A stretch of DNA of 33,942 nt, from the NCBI RefSeq assembly GCF_001194135.2, contig NC_068984.1, forward strand, positions 107,365,008 to 107,398,949, written 5' to 3'. Shown one piece after another: positions 12,222 through 23,919 of the stretch (positions are counted from its first letter, which is position 1; each line of letters starts with the position of its first letter). Source of the stretch: Octopus bimaculoides (lineage: Eukaryota). Position numbers and translations under genes: made by a program. A model generated the notes under the pieces. That model did not search any database, had not been told where the DNA came from, and saw only the letters and a list, made by a program, of their open reading frames with translations.

Positions 12222-12443
12222 CCCTTTATATTAAATATATATATTAAATATATATTTTTTTTTGTTATTCAAATTGTTTTGAATTAATCATGCATTATCT
12301 TGTAGCTTTGAGGTTTCTATGATACGATTGTTTATTTTTAGAATGATAGCATAGGGTAGGTGTGAGAGGCTAGATATGGCCAGTTGGAATGTAAAACATG
12401 TAGAATACTTGGGCCAGATATGGCCAGTTTAAGTGCTAATGAG
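12222..12443. mobile_element. Possible piggyBac-like MITE
   Basis: Flanked by TTAA at 12218-12221 and 12444-12447; ends CCCTTTA...TAATGAG form only a short, imperfect inverted match. Confidence 0.4.
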
Positions 12444-15199
12444 TTAATCTTCCTAGTAGTTGAAGTATATTTGTTCACATATAAACTAAACAAAGGATTA
12501 ACCATATAAATATGTAGATGAATTTAGTCTCCCTCTAATGATTTTACCTAAAATTACCCCAAATTGAATGTGGTTGGCCTGCTTTGGTTTTATGCATGAT
12601 TCCTAGACTATAAACCACAGTAGGACTGAAAACTTTCCCTAGATGTTGTCTGTTAAAGTTGGGTAAATTTAGCAAAAATAATATACCAATAATTACATCT
12701 TATTCTGCCATGCTTTTTGTCTGTATATTGGTCTATCTAAAAATAATGATGATAATAATAATAATAATAATAATAAGTCTGAAGAATATCAAACTGTGTA
12801 ATCAATAAATATTGGTAAGGCAACATACTTGGTAAATGTAGACTATTATTGTTCCCATATAGCAAATCGATTGATCATATTTTTTCAGTTTCAATAAAAA
12901 GTGGGGGGAAAAAAAAACAACAGGAAATGAGGGAAGTATTTTGTAGTAGTTTTTACACTTTTTTACTAGAATATATGCATGTGTTGGACCATTTATTTAT
13001 AAAATAACACTAAGGCTTGAACATTCCAGAATATTTGTATGTGAAAATATCAATACATGCATAACTACATCTGTTATCTGTCTGCTTATATATATATATA
13101 TATATATCTATGTTTCTGTATATAGTAATGCATATTTTTAACTGCCTGTATGTTTGTACATTTGGATTTTTCTGAGTAGGCTACTGCATATATATCTATA
13201 CATCCGTGTGTGTGTGTATGTTGTGTGTATACATTTTTGTCTGTGCACATCTATCGACTTTTAGAAAGTAATGTGTATCATGGTTGTATATGATGTGTAT
13301 GTTTGAAATGTCTTAAAAGCTTCATACACAGTCATGAATAGTTCTTATTCGCTGTCTTGCTTTGATGTGTGCTTGTAATGGCATGGAGACAATGAAGAGT
13401 GATAACATAAAAACAGAACGTTAAAAGAGAACTTAAACAAAGGACATAGCAGATAGAGTTGTTATGTGATGAAGTATAATAAAAAAGGAGTGACAATATT
13501 GGTTCTGATCATGATTGGAAATAAACAGTGATGATTGGAAATTATTAATCCTTTGCATTCATTTTTTTTTAGTAGTAGTAGTAGTAGTAGTGGAAGCAAT
13601 TTTTTATGGAAAGCAATGCAGAAAAATTGCACTTTTTTTTTTTTTTTTTTTTTGCACATGAACAACTATGAAAACTAATGCGATTATATGGTTGTACCTT
13701 TAACAATTACTACATAGCTAAAGAAATACTGACCATGAGGGGAACAAAGTGAAGGTTTGAGGAAAAGAAGCCCATAATATCGGCAATTGGTGGAGGTTGT
13801 TGTTGTCGGTTATCAGAAAGAAGTGTATCACAGCTAACAAGTAATATCAAGTGTTCTATAATCACATTCTTGCAGTTATGAATGAAGGTAAGAGATCAAA
13901 GCATAGCTAACACAAGGAACATAAGAAAAGCATTAGAAATAATCTAATGTTCCAGTTTGTAAAGTAGGTCAGATTAACATTCATGAAGATATTAAGGTTA
14001 CTGTTGAAGGTGAAAATATTTGGGACTTATCGAGATAATAAACAGTTCTTAGGTCTCAGAGAGAGCCTGTGAAGGACTTGAGCATAGCCCCTTCCTTCAG
14101 ATCAATCCACCAAGTAAGAGAAAAAATATTAGATGGGCAAAATGTACAAAATTCTTACAAGCATGGATTTGTAATCAAATATTGATGAAACAGAATTTGT
14201 TTACTTCTGTAATGCCCTTCATTGTGTTTTGGTATACCTTTGCACATGTTCATTTTGTTTTATTTACTTTATATCAATTTATTTATGATAGGAAGAGTTA
14301 GATGTATATATTATTGAGGCATTGTTTTATAGCTAGATGGCTTTCTTGTTACTAACCCTTACCAGTTTTTCAAAGTAAGGAATCTATATCACTTCTTTGA
14401 AGGTGTGAAGCAAGCAAACAATCAATTTGTTGACAGAAGTGACAACAACATCACTTATAACCAGTGAATGTCACAGAGCCAAATATAAATACACTGACAT
14501 GTATATGTACACACACACTTACACATGTGCATGCAAACATATACACGCATGCATACAGATGCATGTGTTTTTTGTAACTATGGATTTGCACAAAAAAAAA
14601 ATAAATAAAAAAAAATATTAGGTGAAGTATATTTGCCACTTAAATGTGGCTAACCACTAAAGATGGATGCTACTGTAGCTTGTAGTCCCAGGAAGACACC
14701 TCCTCCAGCTGGCTATTGACACACTTTCTGTGCCCTATTAAAATATCAGTATTTTCCTAAAAAAGAAGAAAAGAGACTGACACACACCCTCCAAATCTGA
14801 TCCACCAGTCAGGAGCACACTGTGACACATTTAAAGATTCAGCATCTGAGAATTCTTAAGTGAATTTGTTGATATATACTTGGTTGTTTGTATCTACAAA
14901 AAGACGTATGTAGAAAGCACTGATGCACACTCAGACATCCACAAACATCAAAGCACTGAAGTCATATGTTCACCCAGAACAAATGTTGGTGCATACACCT
15001 ATATATATGCACACACCAACTCAACTACATATTTAGAAATCTCTGGAACTGTCTTAGCACAAAACGTCTTGTCATTTTGTTAGCAACTGGTTTGAACTTC
15101 ATAAAGAATAATTTAGGTAAATAGCAAAGAAAAACATATTTATGTAATATATACATATGAAAACACACACGTGTGTGTGTGTGTGCTGAATTAATTTAC

Positions 15200-15324
15200 A
15201 AGGCCTTTATTAAACCTAGGGCTATGATAGAAGACACTTGCCCAAAGTGTTATGCAATGGTACTGAACCTGAAAAGCACCTGGTTTGGAAACAAAGTTCT
15301 TAACTACACAACCATGCTTGCGCT
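15200..15324 (-). mobile_element. SINE family B head fragment
   Basis: gctatgatagaagacacttgcccaaagtg...ctgaacc. Confidence 0.75.
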
Positions 15325-15384
15325 TGTTATACTAAATAATGCCTCAGCCTCCAAATATTATTTTACTCTCATTATTGATATAAT

Positions 15385-15575
15385 ACCCATGTGACCCATG
15401 CCAGTGGCATATAAAAAGCACCCTCCACATTCTGTGAAGTGGTTGACATTCAGAAGTGCATCCAGCCATGGAAACCAGGCCAAAACAGACAATTGAAGCT
15501 TGGACAACTCTCTGGTTAGCCATCTCCTGTCAAACCGTTCAACCCATGCTGGCATGGAAAACAGACATTGGACAA
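15385..15575 (+). mobile_element. Family A tail fragment
   Basis: gccagtggcatataaaaagcaccc...aacccatgctggcatggaaaacagacatt. Confidence 0.75.
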
Positions 15576-15955
15576 TGATGGTAGTGGTGGTGGAAGCAGC
15601 AGCAGTGGCACTGCGATTGTGGTGGTGGCGGCAAGAACAATGTTGTTACTACACAGACTGCAGCCAAACTAAAGCCATCTGACTGATTAATTAATGGACA
15701 TTTATTAATTACATTTTTCAAACCATTGACTCTCAGATATATTGCTTGCTCTCTTTCTCTCTCTCTCTCTCACACTGTCCTCCACTGCTACTGCAACATC
15801 CTCTGCTCTTCTGAATCTTGCATACCTACTCTACTCAAGGATGAATGAACCACTCATCTTCCTACTTCTTGTCAGATTTGCTATCCTCCTTCTCCACTAT
15901 ACACATAAGCCTCAACACCAAACACTATGCCCATTCACATCTTCCCAAAACTCTT

Positions 15956-16305
15956 ACTGTCTACAATTCTCTCTAACTCTTCATACACTTACCTACATTT
16001 GTTTCCTCAAATTTCTCCTAGTACACAATTATCACCCCTATTCCCTACTCTCACACTTCAACCACTTTGTCCACTCACACCTTCCTGGTACTGTAACTGT
16101 CTGCAATTCTCTCTAACTCTACATACATTTTCCTACAGCTGTCTCCCTGCTTCTTTTCAGCTCTGATATCTCCCCACTTACACACACACACACATATAAC
16201 CACCTCCATTCAACAATTAACACTTTGTATAATCACATATTCCTGGAACTGTTTGAAATTCTCTCTAACAATCCATCTAACTCCACATGCATTTTCCTAC
16301 AGATG
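15956..16305 (+). repeat. Degenerate pyrimidine-rich tandem repeat, ~140-152-bp period, about 3 units
   Basis: Motif actgt(c/t)t(a/g)(c/a)aattctctctaac...cctaca recurs at 15956, 16096 and 16248. Confidence 0.6.
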
Positions 16306-16669
16306 TCATGTTACAGATATTAAAAACTGAACATCATCAATTAAATTGAGCTTAGCCATCTAGAAGACTGCAAAAGACTGCTCCTTCTTCTTATAACTAC
16401 ATAATAAACAAATATTGTCTTATATATCTAGTCATTATCATCATTTTACTACAACCATTTCATGTGCAAAAAGTGTCTTCAATATATTATTATACATCAA
16501 ATTCAGTTTTCTCCTAATAATATATGATTTCTGTCACAAAAATAAAGAAATTACTTTTTCTTTCCATTTGATAGTTAAACTTTGAAACTCTGTTTAAACA
16601 CACTAAAACATATTTAGTGTAACTTTGAAACTGTTTAAACACTATAAAACATATATAAGCATTTACGCT

Positions 16670-16762
16670 TTACACTTTTACTCATTTACTCTTTTACTTG
16701 TTTCAGTCATTTGGCTGTGGCCATGCTGGAGCACCGCCTTTAGTTGAGCAAATCGACTCCAT
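16670..16762 (-). mobile_element. 5'-truncated SINE family B tail
   Basis: ttttacttgtttcagtcatttggctgtggccatgctggagcaccgcctttagttgagcaaatcgac. Confidence 0.85.
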
Positions 16763-17792
16763 GCCTGCTATTGTGAGATTTTTTATTTAGGCACCAATTT
16801 AGTCAGCTTTAGTCTCAACTCTCCTCCTTTAGTGATATCCAGCCGATTTCTTTTCTTTTATAACAAATCAGCACTAAAGCCACATTCAACTAAATATGAA
16901 GATGGGAACAGTAACAACAATTTTCTTGCCAAGTTGGCTGAATTCGAGTATTTGGCTTCTGTCTCATCACAAAGCCATGACATCATTCCTTTTATATTCA
17001 ATAAAGTTTTAACTGATTCATCGTTTTGCATTTCTGAGAGTTCTTGGTACTGCATCAAAAACATCAGATACATCCACTAGCATTGGCTGCATCACCCATG
17101 CTGCAAAATCAGTTTGTTTTAAATCAGAAAATCTTTCTTTCAAATCAGAGGCCAATATTTTCAGATGATCCACAATAACAAGTACAGCAGCATCAGTCAC
17201 ATTTTTTTAGCCAATGGAACGGTTCGAAAATTTTGTCAGAATTATTTTTTTGACATAACTCAGTGAATGTTACAAAGCCAAATATCTTCACCTTTGGATT
17301 AACAAGAGTTTTATTTGATCTTTGAAGTTGTTTATTTAACACATTCAGTTTTTCAAAGATATCTGTTAAATAAACTTACAAATGCTTTACCATCAACGGT
17401 TAGCAGGTGCTTCATTTCAGGCTTGTCTCTTAAAAAGTAACCAAGAACATCAAATAGTTCCATAAATCTTTTCAATCAATTCCCCGTTGAGAGCCACCTT
17501 ACCTCCGTGTGAGGTAAAAATCTCACATAGTCTGCATTTTCATTTCCAAAAACTGCTTGAAAAGACACTCACATTTAGCATTAGCTTTGATAGCAATGAT
17601 ACATTTTATAACTGATTTTAATACCTCATTGAAAACAGGAGACATATTTTTGGATACTAAGTTCTCTCTATGAATAACACAGTGTACAAGAAGCAATTCT
17701 GGATTCTCATCTTTCATCAATTTTAAGCAGTCTTTTTTCTTGCCAAACATAACAAGTGCACCATCTGCAGCACAAGATTTCTATTGGTATAT

Positions 17793-18204
17793 TACTCTCT
17801 TTTACTCTTTACTCTTTTATTTGTTTCAGTCATTTGACTGTGGCCATGGTGGAGCACCACCTTTAGTTGAGCAAATCGACCCCAGGACTTATTCTTTGGA
17901 AGCCTAGTACTTATTTTATCAGTCTCTTTTGCCGAACTGCTAAGTTACAGGGACATAAACACACCAGCATCGGTTATCAAGCGATGTTGGGGGGACAAAC
18001 ACAGACACACAAACACATATACACACATATATATATACATATATACGACAGGCTTCTTTCAGTTTCCATCTACCAAATCCACTCACAAGGCTTTGGTCGG
18101 CCCGAGGCTTATAGTAGAAGACACTTGCCCAAGGTGCCACGCAGTGGGACTGAACCCAGAACCATGTGGTTGGTAAGTAAGCTACTTACCACACAGCCAC
18201 TCCT
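17793..18204 (-). mobile_element. Full-length SINE family B inserted in the hAT transposase
   Basis: Complete head-to-tail family B sequence; hAT coding sequence resumes on both sides. Confidence 0.92.
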
Positions 18205-18660
18205 TGTTTTGACATCCAAGTAATTTTTTAGCTTATATATATATCAGTGGCAGTAGTGGCAGATTCTAATGATTTGCAGAATATAATTTCTTCATCAAAT
18301 TCACCTTTATCAATATATCTTGCATAGGTTAGCAATACGACCTCGCTGTCTCTTAGAGTTGATTCATTCATTTGTAATGAGAATTTTCTTGATTTCAGCT
18401 TTTCAACAAGTCGTGTTTCAATATCTTCACTCATTTCATCTATTCTTCTACTAACAGTATTGTTACTGAGTGGCATAGCTTGAAAAACTTTGTCATCTTT
18501 TCCCAGGACTGTTTTAAAAAATGCTGATGTAGATGGTTTAATTTAATCATCTCCAATAGTATGATTTTTTTCCACATTTAGCAATGAGTAATGAAATTTC
18601 ATAACTAGCCTCAAAAGTACAATGAGCATTAACAGTTTGTGTAGTAAGCAGAGACATTAT

Positions 18661-19105
18661 TGGAGTAAAGATTGTTTGCCAACATAACATGGCAGTCCTG
18701 GTTTAGGATGAAAGTTGCTGTAATTTAATCCCAGGAGATATTGTCTCCAGTTGGGTATACAACACGAGCTTTGTACTTATATTTTCAAACAAGGGAATCT
18801 AGCACCCCCACTCAGCTCAAAACAATATCTGTGTATCATGGTTTCCAGGTTATTTCCCTTCATCAGCACAGAATAATTGTTTGGTTAGATACACAGATAT
18901 TGTTTTGAGCTGAGTGGGGGTACTAGATTCCCTTGTTCGAAAATATAAGCACACAGATCATGTTGTATAACCAGCTGGAGACACTGTCTCCTGGGGATAA
19001 ATTACAGCATCATTCATCCTAAACCAGGACTGCCATGTTATGTTGGCAAACAATCTTAACTCCAAAGTACTGTTGCTGAATATCTCTCATTGTGAGATTT
19101 AAAAA
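18661..19105. mobile_element. Hairpin insertion: two 177-bp inverted arms around a hammerhead motif (Penelope-like/retrozyme-like)
   Basis: 18661-18837 vs reverse complement of 18888-19064 is ungapped with 15 mismatches by hand count. Host hAT sequence agagacattatt is duplicated at 18650-18661 and 19111-19122. Confidence 0.8.
18829..18871 (-). ncRNA. Minimal type-I hammerhead ribozyme motif with intact CUGAUGA core
   Basis: Minus strand reads CTGTG-CTGATGA-AGGG-AAATAA-CCTG-GAA-ACCATGAT-A-CACAG: stem I CTGTG/CACAG, near-palindrome ACCATG(G>A)T, predicted cleavage between 18834 and 18833. Confidence 0.7.
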
Positions 19106-19601
19106 TAGTAAGAGACATTATTGTTGATCTTTTTGTAAACTTCTCTTTTAAAGACTTAAAGTAATTTAAATCTGAATTTACATACACACTATGTTTCGTC
19201 TTCAAATGCAACTCAAGATGATTTTGTTTCATTAATTCGTTGGTCAAGCATTGTTGGCATAAGAGGCAGAAAGGTGACCGTTCATCGTGGATAGTGGATA
19301 TAAATCCAAATTTTAAATATTCTTCTGAATATCAACAAACTTTTTTTTATACTTGCCCTATTTATGCATAGGGTTTGTGACTGAAAGAAATTAAATTTAT
19401 TGATAAATCTTTCCAATATCTTGGTTGTGGTAATATGGCTTGTCAGCTATTTTCTCAAATATTAAATTGGGACATAAAGGGTTTATATTCCAAGTAATTA
19501 GAATAAACCTGAAAAATAATTGAATAATTTTTGAATAAGGAATATAAATGTTAACAAAATTTATGTATACCCCAATATTGTATATATGTACCATAAGTAT
19601 T

Positions 19602-19662
19602 AACACACACATATACTTGCAGAGACTCACTAAACACACACATATACTTGCAGAGACTCACT
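19602..19662. repeat. Exact 30-bp tandem duplication (period 31)
   Basis: aacacacacatatacttgcagagactcact at 19602-19631 and 19633-19662. Confidence 0.9.
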
Positions 19663-19858
19663 AGAGAACAATTCACTGTCAATAACTCATTCTCAAAATG
19701 CCCCCTTCGTCTGTTGGTATGGTAAACAGAAGGGTGTACATTCATTGTGTACAAGAGGTATAAATTTAACATAACTCTATGCATGCCCCACCAAAATATT
19801 ACCATGCCCCAACCGGTGGAGCAGTGCCCCATGTTGGGAATCACGTATCTAAATGATA

Positions 19859-20193
19859 ATAATGTATATGATGTATATCTCTCATTCAGAGGTTTAAAAC
19901 AAGTTGTTTTTGTCTTTACGAGATCCGTGACTGTGTGTCACTTAAAAAAATATATAGCATTTGCAGGTGGAGAGAGCCTTCATCACTAGCTAGTGATTTT
20001 CTCACACGGAGGACAGGTAACTACCCAGAAACCTAGGTCTGTGACCTCGCTTATATGTATTATACAGGCACAGACTGAGTGCTGGTAGCCAACTGAGAGA
20101 GATGTTTTCCTGAGGCTAAATAACAGTAACATGATCCTTGTATAGGATTGCCACATTATGTTGGCAAATAAACTTTACTATAATGTAAATGAT
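19859..20193 (+). mobile_element. ~321-bp retrozyme-like monomer with terminal direct repeat
   Basis: ataatgta(t/a)atgat at 19859-19872 and 20180-20193. Contains a hammerhead motif. 20085-20180 is homologous to the hairpin arm, and 19875-19899 matches 19080-19104 at 22/25. Confidence 0.6.
20002..20044 (+). ncRNA. Decayed minimal type-I hammerhead motif
   Basis: TCACA-CGGAGGA-CAGG-TAACTA-CCCA-GAA-ACCTAGGT-C-TGTGA: perfect 5-bp stem I, perfect 8-nt palindrome, core U4 changed to G, stem II changes consistent with CpG decay of CGGG/CCCG. Confidence 0.6.
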
Positions 20194-20306
20194 ATTTTAC
20201 ATCTAGTTGATGGTATTTTTGTGTTGTTTCACATCTGGATGGTTGTGTTATAGTTCTGTTTCAAATCTGATGTGTATTTTGTTAATGGTATTCCGCATCT
20301 ATATGA

Positions 20307-20371
20307 TGATATTTCATATCTGTTTCACATTTAGAATATTATATATCATATCTATCCTACATCTAGATGAT

Positions 20372-20409
<38 letters not shown>

Positions 20410-20529
20410 NNNNNNNNNNNNNNNNNNNNNNNNNNNNNNNNNNNNNNNNNNNNNNNNNNTATATACAATCTAGATGTAGGATAGATGTTATATATAATAT
20501 TCTAAATGTGAAACAGACATGAAATATCA
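20307..20529. repeat. ~62-bp inverted repeat around (TA)n and a 50-N gap, within a degenerate tttcacatctagat minisatellite
   Basis: 20307-20368 is the near-exact reverse complement of 20468-20529. Confidence 0.75.
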
Positions 20530-21234
20530 CATCTGTTTCACATCTAGACTACAATATTCCTCATCTGTTTCAAATATAGATGATATTTTACATCTAGATA
20601 ATAATATTTCACGTTTCACATTTTCATTATAAGACTTTAATCTTGGAACACAGTAATTTAACCTAGAGATGTTTCCAAGGGAACTAATTAAAGATTGGTA
20701 AACTTTTATGATGTATATCATCTCTAGCTGTGAAACTTTCAACATAAGTATTTCCAGATAACGAATTCAATCTGATACAAAATTAAACTTTGGGGGCATG
20801 CAGAAAGAACCCTATTTAGGAAACCTTATATTTTTTTAAATTATTTCCTGATGATATTATCATGTCCTGTTGTATATCATGGCTTGTAAAATATTAACGT
20901 TTTTTACTGATTACATGCCAGGGAAGATGAGATTAGATGAAACATATTTTACAAAAAAATGCTTATTTTCAAAATTTGGTTATAATGATAAATCTTCTAC
21001 ATCATACATTGTATAGATATACACCTGTACACCCTCAGACACATCTATGATAAACTCAGCAAAGACTGTCAGGTGAAGCTTAGAATGATTCCTGAAAAAA
21101 AGTCTAAATGTTCCAACTGGCCACACAGTGTGTAAGTTAGAACATGCTATGGGGCAGGTATGAATATACCACTAATTACAGAATAATGTGATAATTAAGT
21201 TGGCATCATTTCAATGCTGAATTTCATTGATGTA

Positions 21235-21445
21235 CAAGAGGGTGCTGAAAAGTTCCTGGCTTTAAGGGTATCATGAAAGGATTGGCTGGAGCCCCAAAAT
21301 TCTGAGTTCTTTTACAAGGCTTAGAGAACTGAAGGACTGCTGCAATAAGTGTGTTAATCAGAGAGAGGAATATGTTGAATAAAATCATTATTAACTGATC
21401 CTTCTCTATTTTCTTTTACCCAAAGCCAGGAACTTTGCAGCACAA
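21235..21445 (+). mobile_element. Internally deleted mariner (MITE-like)
   Basis: TIRs gtgctgaaaagttcctggcttt / aaagccaggaactttgcagcac. Internal RELKDCCNKCVNQREEYVE* matches the mariner C-terminus. Confidence 0.8.
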
Positions 21446-22219
21446 CATGGTGATCTCATATTTCAGTACCCACTCATATTTTATCAAATGATTTCAACTA
21501 GACATGATTGTCACTTTGGTTTATGGCAAATCAACAAGGTCATTGGACAAGAACAAACATGGCCCTGTATTTACTTCAGCTTGTCAAGCAATAACTCAAC
21601 AAGAAACAGATTTCTACTGACACCTTCATCTCCCATTGTTGTACAAGCCAAAAAAGTAGAATGTCTTCATGCTCATATGTACCTATTTCAGCAGCACCCA
21701 ACCCTGAGAATTTAGGGTATGTAAAATCTTTGCTTGGAGCATGTTTCAAGATTATGTTTCTTAACTAATCATCATCATTCATTTCATCGACCAGTTTAAC
21801 CCAACAGTGCATCTGTTTCTTTCCTGCTAGGGTGGATAAAATCTGAAAGCAGTAAGCTGTTGGTGTATACTAGTTTAGTAATATTAGCATATGAAAGTGA
21901 GTGAATAAATGAATGTATGTATGCATGTATATATGTGTGTATGTATGAATGAATGGATAGATGGATGGATGGAGGGATGGATTCGTGTTTTTATGTATGT
22001 ACTTTATATATGTTTGTGTGTATGTATAAACATATGTATGTATATATGTGTGTATGTATGTGTGAATGTATGTGTATGTATATATGTAGGTTTGTGTGTA
22101 TATGTGAAGATAGTCTCAGCCACATTTTAAAACAATCTGTTTGAATTATAGTGGATTAATGTGGTTGTATTTACTTTAGGTTTTAATAAAGCCCAAGCAA
22201 GACTTAGTACTACTGCTGG

Positions 22220-22256
<37 letters not shown>

Positions 22257-22971
22257 GTGTGTATGTATGTAGAGAGAGAGAAGGGGGAGACAGGTAGGTA
22301 GGTTGGTTGGTTGGCTGGTTGGTTGGTTGGTTGGTTGACTGATTAATTTAGATATAGATATGCATGTGTGTATGTAATATATATGATAATGAAATATCAA
22401 AATGGGAATGGTTAATGAAAAGGGATAAATAGCATGGACATCTTCTCATCAGCCATGGAGATATGACACAAGCACAGTTTCAGCACATTTAAAGTTCAAA
22501 AACTTGAAATTCCATGGTACTACTTGTCAAATTGAATTAGTGACATAGGGAAGATATGATGGGGAAAAAAAAAACTCACTTACACACACACACACACACA
22601 AACAAACAAACAAACAAACAAGCAGTAGGGGGGAAATGACACTTACTGAGTAGTAGTGTAGAAGAAAGGAATGAAGAGACAAATCCCTCATACAGTAAGA
22701 GATATGGTTAGGAATTAAAGAGCATCTGTCTTCCAGGAAATATTCTGTCAGAAAAAACAGAAAAGGAATGAAGAATTTTCAGACCAGTCTATAATGGAAA
22801 TGGTAGCATACAGAGAAATTGTGAGAAGGAGGGAAAAAAAAAAAGAAATGAGTAAATGTGAAGGAGAGCAAGTAAGGAACAAAGAGTAACAAAAAAGAAC
22901 ACCAAGAATGGAAGAAAAGTTATAAGGAATGTAAGCTATACATATATACATATGTACATACTTACACACAC

Positions 22972-23021
<50 letters not shown>

Positions 23022-23919
23022 TTTTATTTTATTTTATATTACATTATATATATATATGTTAGCATACCTGTGTTGGCAAAACTGCCGACAGTTTCATTAA
23101 TGATGGAAAATGGCACATGAACACAATGGGGTAAACCATTAATAAATGTCAGCAATCTAATAAATATATTGTACATGCACAGAATTGAAGCACTTGAAGA
23201 ATCAGATATGATTGTAATGTCTCAGTTGAAAATATCAACCATAAAATGTGTGTGTATGTGAGTACACACACATGTAGATATATATATATATACATATACA
23301 TATAAACACATATAAGCCTGCATACACACACAAACACACACACACACACACACATACATATATTGAAAGAAAAAGTTGTTAGAATTTTGGAAAAATATCT
23401 TTTTATTTCTTCATTGCTATTAGTGCTTTTGTTCGTTTCTCAAACTTGTCAAATCGAATTTTGTTAATGTACAAACCACTTGTTCATTTATATAAATCTG
23501 ACTGGAGAGGAAGAAAAAAGATTGGTTATTCCCCTAAAATTCTTATAAAAAATTGGGATTTCTGATGAAGTTTTGACAAAGCAATACATGCTTTCTCCTA
23601 TCAAATACTGTCTACAAATTCTTTCTGTATATATGCTTATAAACAAATATGATTTCTGATGAACTTATAAACAATTATGAATTTATTTTACTTGCCTATG
23701 TTTAACACTTTTATGTAAACTGTTTAAACACAAAGCCTCTTATCATTGTCAAAGACTGTATTGCTGTATTTTAATACATCTGTGTTAACTAATTTTTAAC
23801 AGCACGAAGCCTACACTTTACTTTTGAAAATCCTTTTTTTTTGAAAAGTGAAAATCCAGTCAAGTCAACAAATATCTTTAAAAGACCACTGCATTTTCAA
23901 ATCCTCTTTCCTATATATT

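Larger units (their letters stand above)
16765..19846 (-). mobile_element. hAT (Buster/SPIN/Charlie-like) transposon relic, interrupted by nested insertions
   Basis: Minus-strand motifs in order: FCLLCQQCLTNELMKQNHLELHLKTKH (BED-like), ASYEISLLIAKCGKNHTIGDDLIKP, PLSNNTVSRRIDEMSEDIE, HCVIHRENL (CxxH), HTEVRWL, FPSSYLVECGFS (dimerisation domain). TIR-like gtgattcccaacatgggg at ~19828-19846; other end not found. Confidence 0.88.

Noticed and set aside
12542-12679. Weak ~20-bp inverted repeat pair (ttttacctaaaattaccccaa / ttgggtaaatttagcaaaaa)
   Set aside because: About 70% identity in very AT-rich sequence, no TSD; could be chance.
13876-13887. Possible 12-nt microexon (ttgcag|TTATGAATGAAG|gtaaga)
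   Set aside because: In the phase required by the flanking exons it reads AAT TAT GAA TGA (stop), and the pyrimidine tract is weak.
14053-14113. Possible 61-nt exon (ttcttag|...|gtaaga)
   Set aside because: Length is not a multiple of 3, so it would frameshift the terminal exon; no recognisable homology.
23566-23665. Two tttctgatgaa motifs about 90 bp apart
   Set aside because: No stem II/GAAA or palindrome follows either, so they are not hammerheads.
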